Shown: piece by piece, positions 59,355-64,000 of the stretch
How positions within the stretch are numbered: the first letter of the stretch is position 1
Layout: each line of letters opens with the position of its first letter
The notes under the pieces: model-generated
The model's database searches: none
What the model was told of the DNA's origin: nothing
The model's input: the letters and a program-made list of their open reading frames with translations, nothing else
Made by a program: the position numbers and the translations under genes
Assembly: GCA_964016885.1 (NCBI GenBank)
Contig: OZ024759.1
Span: forward strand, 7,688,001 to 7,752,000
DNA: 64,000 bases
Origin: Eledone cirrhosa
Lineage: Eukaryota
Direction of reading: 5' to 3'

Positions 59355-60737
59355 TCCGACCTCACACACTTACACCTCTCCAAGACAATGTCACTGGACC
59401 GAGACCTTTGGCGGTACTCAGTAATAGAGAAGACCCGCCTTACCTAAATACAAAGTAAAACCTACTACAGTCAGTAGGCATCTCTAACAAACACACCCCC
59501 GTCCCACCACCCCCCCACCCCATCCACACCACCCCTTTCAATGTAAAGTTATGTTGGTCCCACAACATTCAGGCCGAAACAAATGAGATCGTGTAGGTGT
59601 CACGACAAAAAACCACACAGTCCATGCTGTAATGTGGCCGTGTAGGCAACATGGTAAAAACCTCCCAGTTCCACACTGTAAATGTGGTTGGTGTTAGGAA
59701 GGGCATCCAGCTGTAGAAAACCCGCCAGACAGTCCACGCTGTAATGTGGCCGTGTAGGCAACACGGTAAAAACCTCCCAGCCCCACACTGTAAATATAGT
59801 TGGTGTTAGGAAGGGCATCCAGCTGTAGAAAACCCGCCAGACAGTCCACGCTGTAATGTGGCCGTGTAGGCAACACGGTAAAAACCTCCCAGCCCCACAC
59901 TGTAAATATAGTTGGTGTTAGGAAGGGCATCCAGCTGTAGAAAACCCGCCAGACAGTCACGCTGTAATGTGGCCGTGTAGGCAACACGGTAAAAACCTCC
60001 CAGCCCCACACTGTAAATATAGTTGGTGTTAGGAAGGGCATCCAGCTGTAGAAAACCCGCCAGACAGTCCACGCTGTAATGTGGCCGTGTAGGCAACACG
60101 GTAAAACCTCCCAGCCCCACACTGTAAATATAGTTGGTGTTAGGAAGGGCATCCAGCTGTAGAAAACCCGCCAGACAGTCCACGCTGTAATGTGGCCGTG
60201 TAGGCAACACGGTAAAAACCTCCCAGCCCCACACTGTAAATATAGTTGGTGTTAGGAAGGGCATCCAGCTGTAGAAAACCCGCCAGACAGTCCACGCTGT
60301 AATGTGGCCGTGTAGGCAACACGGTAAAAACCTCCCAGCCCCACACTGTAAATATAGTTGGTGTTAGGAAGGGCATCCAGCTGTAGAAAACCCGCCAGAC
60401 AGTCCACGCTGTAATGTGGCCGTGTAGGCAACACGGTAAAACCTCCCAGCCCCACACTGTAAATATAGTTGGTGTTAGGAAGGGCATCCAGCTGTAGAAA
60501 ACCCGCCAGACAGTCCACGCTGTAATGTGGCCGTGTAGGCAACACGGTAAAAACCTCCCAGCCCCACACTGTAAATATAGTTGGTATTAGGAAGGGCATC
60601 CAGCTGTAGAAAACCCGCCAGACAGTCCTATGCGAGCAAGACAACCACACTTGCCTCAAGTGGGAAAACTCCCGTCCAAACCCATGCAAGCGTGGAACAC
60701 GGACGTTAAACGTTGATGATGATGATGATGATGATGA
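59355..60737 (+). mobile_element. RTE 3' end, same family as 41712-43265
   Basis: Matches 42785-43265; (ATG)n tail. Confidence 0.9.
59617..60628. repeat. 112-bp tandem repeat (~9 copies) within the RTE 3' UTR
   Basis: Unit CAGTCCACGCTGTAATGTGGCC...GGAAGGGCATCCAGCTGTAGAAAACCCGCCAGA. Confidence 0.95.
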
Positions 60738-60944
60738 TACGGTATTTGCCGGCCACGCCTTCGCATAAGACGCTCCTTCTTTTTTTATTATATTTTATGT
60801 TATATATGTGTGTATATCATGCATTTTTATGGCCATGTCCAATATTCGCAGTTTTTCACTCTTCACGGGCACCCCAGGAACGTGACCCCACAAATAGGAA
60901 TAGCGTCTACATACACACATGTATTATTATTGTTGATCATTCTC

Positions 60945-61071
60945 CACTCCCTCCCCCTCTCTAATAAACACCCCCTCCCCCTCTCTAATAAACACTCCCT
61001 CTCCCTCTCTAATAAACACTCCCTCCCCCTCTCTAATAAACACTCCCTCCCCCTCTCTAATAAACACTCCC
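60945..61071. repeat. 24-bp tandem repeat running into the gap
   Basis: CTCCCTCCCCCTCTCTAATAAACA x~5. Confidence 0.9.
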
Positions 61072-61271
61072 NNNNNNNNNNNNNNNNNNNNNNNNNNNNN
61101 NNNNNNNNNNNNNNNNNNNNNNNNNNNNNNNNNNNNNNNNNNNNNNNNNNNNNNNNNNNNNNNNNNNNNNNNNNNNNNNNNNNNNNNNNNNNNNNNNNNN
61201 NNNNNNNNNNNNNNNNNNNNNNNNNNNNNNNNNNNNNNNNNNNNNNNNNNNNNNNNNNNNNNNNNNNNNNN
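61072..61271. other. Assembly gap (200 N)
   Basis: Run of N. Confidence 1.
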
Positions 61272-61374
61272 GGCTATTGCTGGCCTTGTGCCTAAAGTAG
61301 AAACAATTATATAATTTAACATTATTTCCAGTGTTCAATAAAATTTTTATCTTTCGTCAATCTCATAATTATCC

Positions 61375-62090
61375 CCTCTACCCCTCCCCACCCCCACCGC
61401 ATTCCTCGCTCCATCACATCTCTCCCTCTCTCTCTCTTTCTCTCTCTCTCTCCCTCTCTTTCTCTCTCCCTCTCTTTCTCTAATCCTCACTTCTTACCTT
61501 GCCCTACCTCCTCCCCCCCCTCTCTCTAAATCTAACCTCTGACCTTACCTCCATCCTCTAATTATTACCTCCCACCATTTCTATCTCCCCCCTCTCTCTC
61601 TCCTCATTCCCTCTAATCCACACTTCTTACCCTCTCTAATTCTCATCTCTAAACCTAACCCTAATCACTAATTACTCCATCTACATCTCGCCTCCCCCTC
61701 TCTCTCTCACACCACGTCTCCTCCCCTTCCCTCTCTCTCTCACACCACATCTCCTTCCCTTCCCTCTCTCTCATCACGTCTCCTCACCTTCCCTCTCTCT
61801 CTCACACCACATCTCCTCCCCTTCTCTCTCTCTCTCTCTACCTTCTCTCTCACTGTCTATATATATAATTACTCCATCTACATCTCCCCGCTCTCTCTCT
61901 CTCTCACACCACATCTCCTCCCCTTCTCTCTCTCTCTCTACCTTCTCTCTCACTGTCTATATATGTAATTACTCCATCTACATCTCCCCCCTCTCTCTCT
62001 CACACCACGCCTCCTCCCCTTCCCCCTCTCTCTCTACCTTCTCTCTCACTGTCTATATATATAATTACTTTCCCCTGTCCCTCTCTCTCT
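61375..62090. repeat. CT-rich tract with ~105-bp triplicated unit
   Basis: Recurrent AATTACTCCATCTACATCTC and CTCACTGTCTATATAT. Confidence 0.85.
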
Positions 62091-62274
62091 CGTTAACCAT
62101 ATTGCTACACACTATATCATTTAAACAGACAGACACTAATTATTGGAGCCGAACACATCGATATATCTTGCTCTCTTCTAAACTGTATTAATTAATATTT
62201 GTTGGGCTGAGTTGGATAATAATGGTATTGATTCTGGTAAAAAGAAAAACACCTTTTTTTTCTTTATTCTCCTT

Positions 62275-62350
62275 ACACACACACATATATATACATATAT
62301 ATATACATATATATACATATATACATATAAATAGATAGATATACATACAT

Positions 62351-62389
<39 letters not shown>

Positions 62390-62396
62390 CATAGAT

Positions 62397-62435
<39 letters not shown>

Positions 62436-62488
62436 CATATATATATATATATAAATATACATACATATATATATATATATATATAAAT

Positions 62489-62519
<31 letters not shown>

Positions 62520-62552
62520 AATATACATACACATATATATATATATATAAAT

Positions 62553-62595
<43 letters not shown>

Positions 62596-62656
62596 CATAG
62601 ATATACATACATATATATATATATATATATACTTATATATACTTATATATATGTAC

Positions 62657-62696
<40 letters not shown>

Positions 62697-62905
62697 CTAT
62701 GTATTTATATCTATGTATTTATATATATATATATATATATATAAATACATAGATATAAATACATAGATATACATACATACATACATATATATATATATAT
62801 ACAGGTACATATATATATATAAGTATATATGCACACACACACACACACACACACATGCATATATATATATGAATGTATGTATGTATGTGTATATATATAT
62901 ATATG

Positions 62906-62954
<49 letters not shown>

Positions 62955-63068
62955 GTACATATATATATATAAGTATATATGCACATGCGCACACACATGT
63001 ATATACATATATGTATGTATGTATGTATGTATATAAATAAATATATATATATACATATATATATATAA
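62275..63068. repeat. TA/CA compound microsatellite
   Basis: Direct inspection. Confidence 0.97.
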
Positions 63069-63165
63069 GCAAAGAGATTTTTTTTCTTCTTCCCTTTATA
63101 AATTATCCTAATAATTATTTAAATTTGCCTAGCGTCTAAATATAACAATCTTTTTTCAGCCTTAC

Positions 63166-64000
63166 GTTTCACCCTCATTTACATATTCATCCTTACCTTT
63201 CAACCTCATTTACATATTCATCCTTACCTTTCAACCTCATTTACATATTCATCCTTACCTTTCACCCTCATTTACATATTCATCCTTACCTTTCAACCTC
63301 ATTTACATATTCATCCTTACCTTTCAACCTCATTTACATATTCATCCTTACCTTTCACCCTCATTTACATATTCATCCTAACCTTTCAACCTCATTTACA
63401 TATTCATCCTTACCTTTCAACCTCATTTACATATTCATCCTTACCTTTCAACCTCATTTACATATTCATCCTAACCTTTCAACCTCATTTACATATTCAT
63501 CCTTACCTTTCAACCTCATTTACATATTCATCCTTACATTTCACCCTCATTTACATATTCATCCTTACCTTTCAACCTCATTTACATATTCATCCTTACC
63601 TTTCAACCTCATTTACATATTCATCCTTACCTTTCACCCTCATTTACATATTCATCCTTACCTTTCAACCTCATTTACATATTCATCCTTACCTTTCAAC
63701 CTCATTTACATATTCATCCTTACCTTTCACCCTCATTTACATATTCATCCTAACCTTTCAACCTCATTTACATATTCATCCTTACCTTTCAACCTCATTT
63801 ACATATTCATCCTTACCTTTCAACCTCATTTACATATTCATCCTAACCTTTCAACCTCATTTACATATTCATCCTTACCTTTCAACCTCATTTACATATT
63901 CATCCTTACCTTTCAACCTCATTTACATATTCATCCTTACCTTTCAACCTCATTTACATATTCATCCTTACCTTTCAACCTCATTTACATATTCATCCTA
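63166..64000. repeat. 31-bp satellite (~27 copies, continues past the window)
   Basis: Unit CTTTCAACCTCATTTACATATTCATCCTTAC. Confidence 0.97.

Noticed and set aside
62100-62260. Possible minus-strand splice acceptor and terminal exon
   Set aside because: Only a T-rich tract plus CAG is present; translations are uninformative.

Overview
Eukaryotic, repeat-dominated window with no recognisable host gene. The repeat repertoire suggests a cephalopod (Octopus-like) genome; this is an inference. About a third is compound (TA)n/(TG)n/(GGT)n microsatellite, which accounts for nearly all the long low-complexity ORFs in the track. The rest is truncated non-LTR retrotransposons (several RTE families, two CR1-group LINEs, one CRE-like endonuclease fragment), two tRNA-derived SINE families, two non-autonomous Helitrons, a MITE, tandem arrays and a 200-N gap. 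The most notable signal is not in the ORF track. At least 14 type I hammerhead ribozyme motifs (CUGANGA...GAAA...UH) from several sequence families sit in short non-coding modules beside (TA)n tracts. They show compensatory stem changes between copies, frequently lie in fold-back palindromes, and share a downstream TTGAGTRCT motif. This matches Penelope-like pseudo-LTR or retrozyme biology, but I found no Penelope ORF. Also present are two RTE insertions with twin-priming-type inversions, a SINE/LINE pair sharing a 3' end, and three tandem arrays born from transposon pieces. All structures were folded by eye and coordinates were counted by hand.
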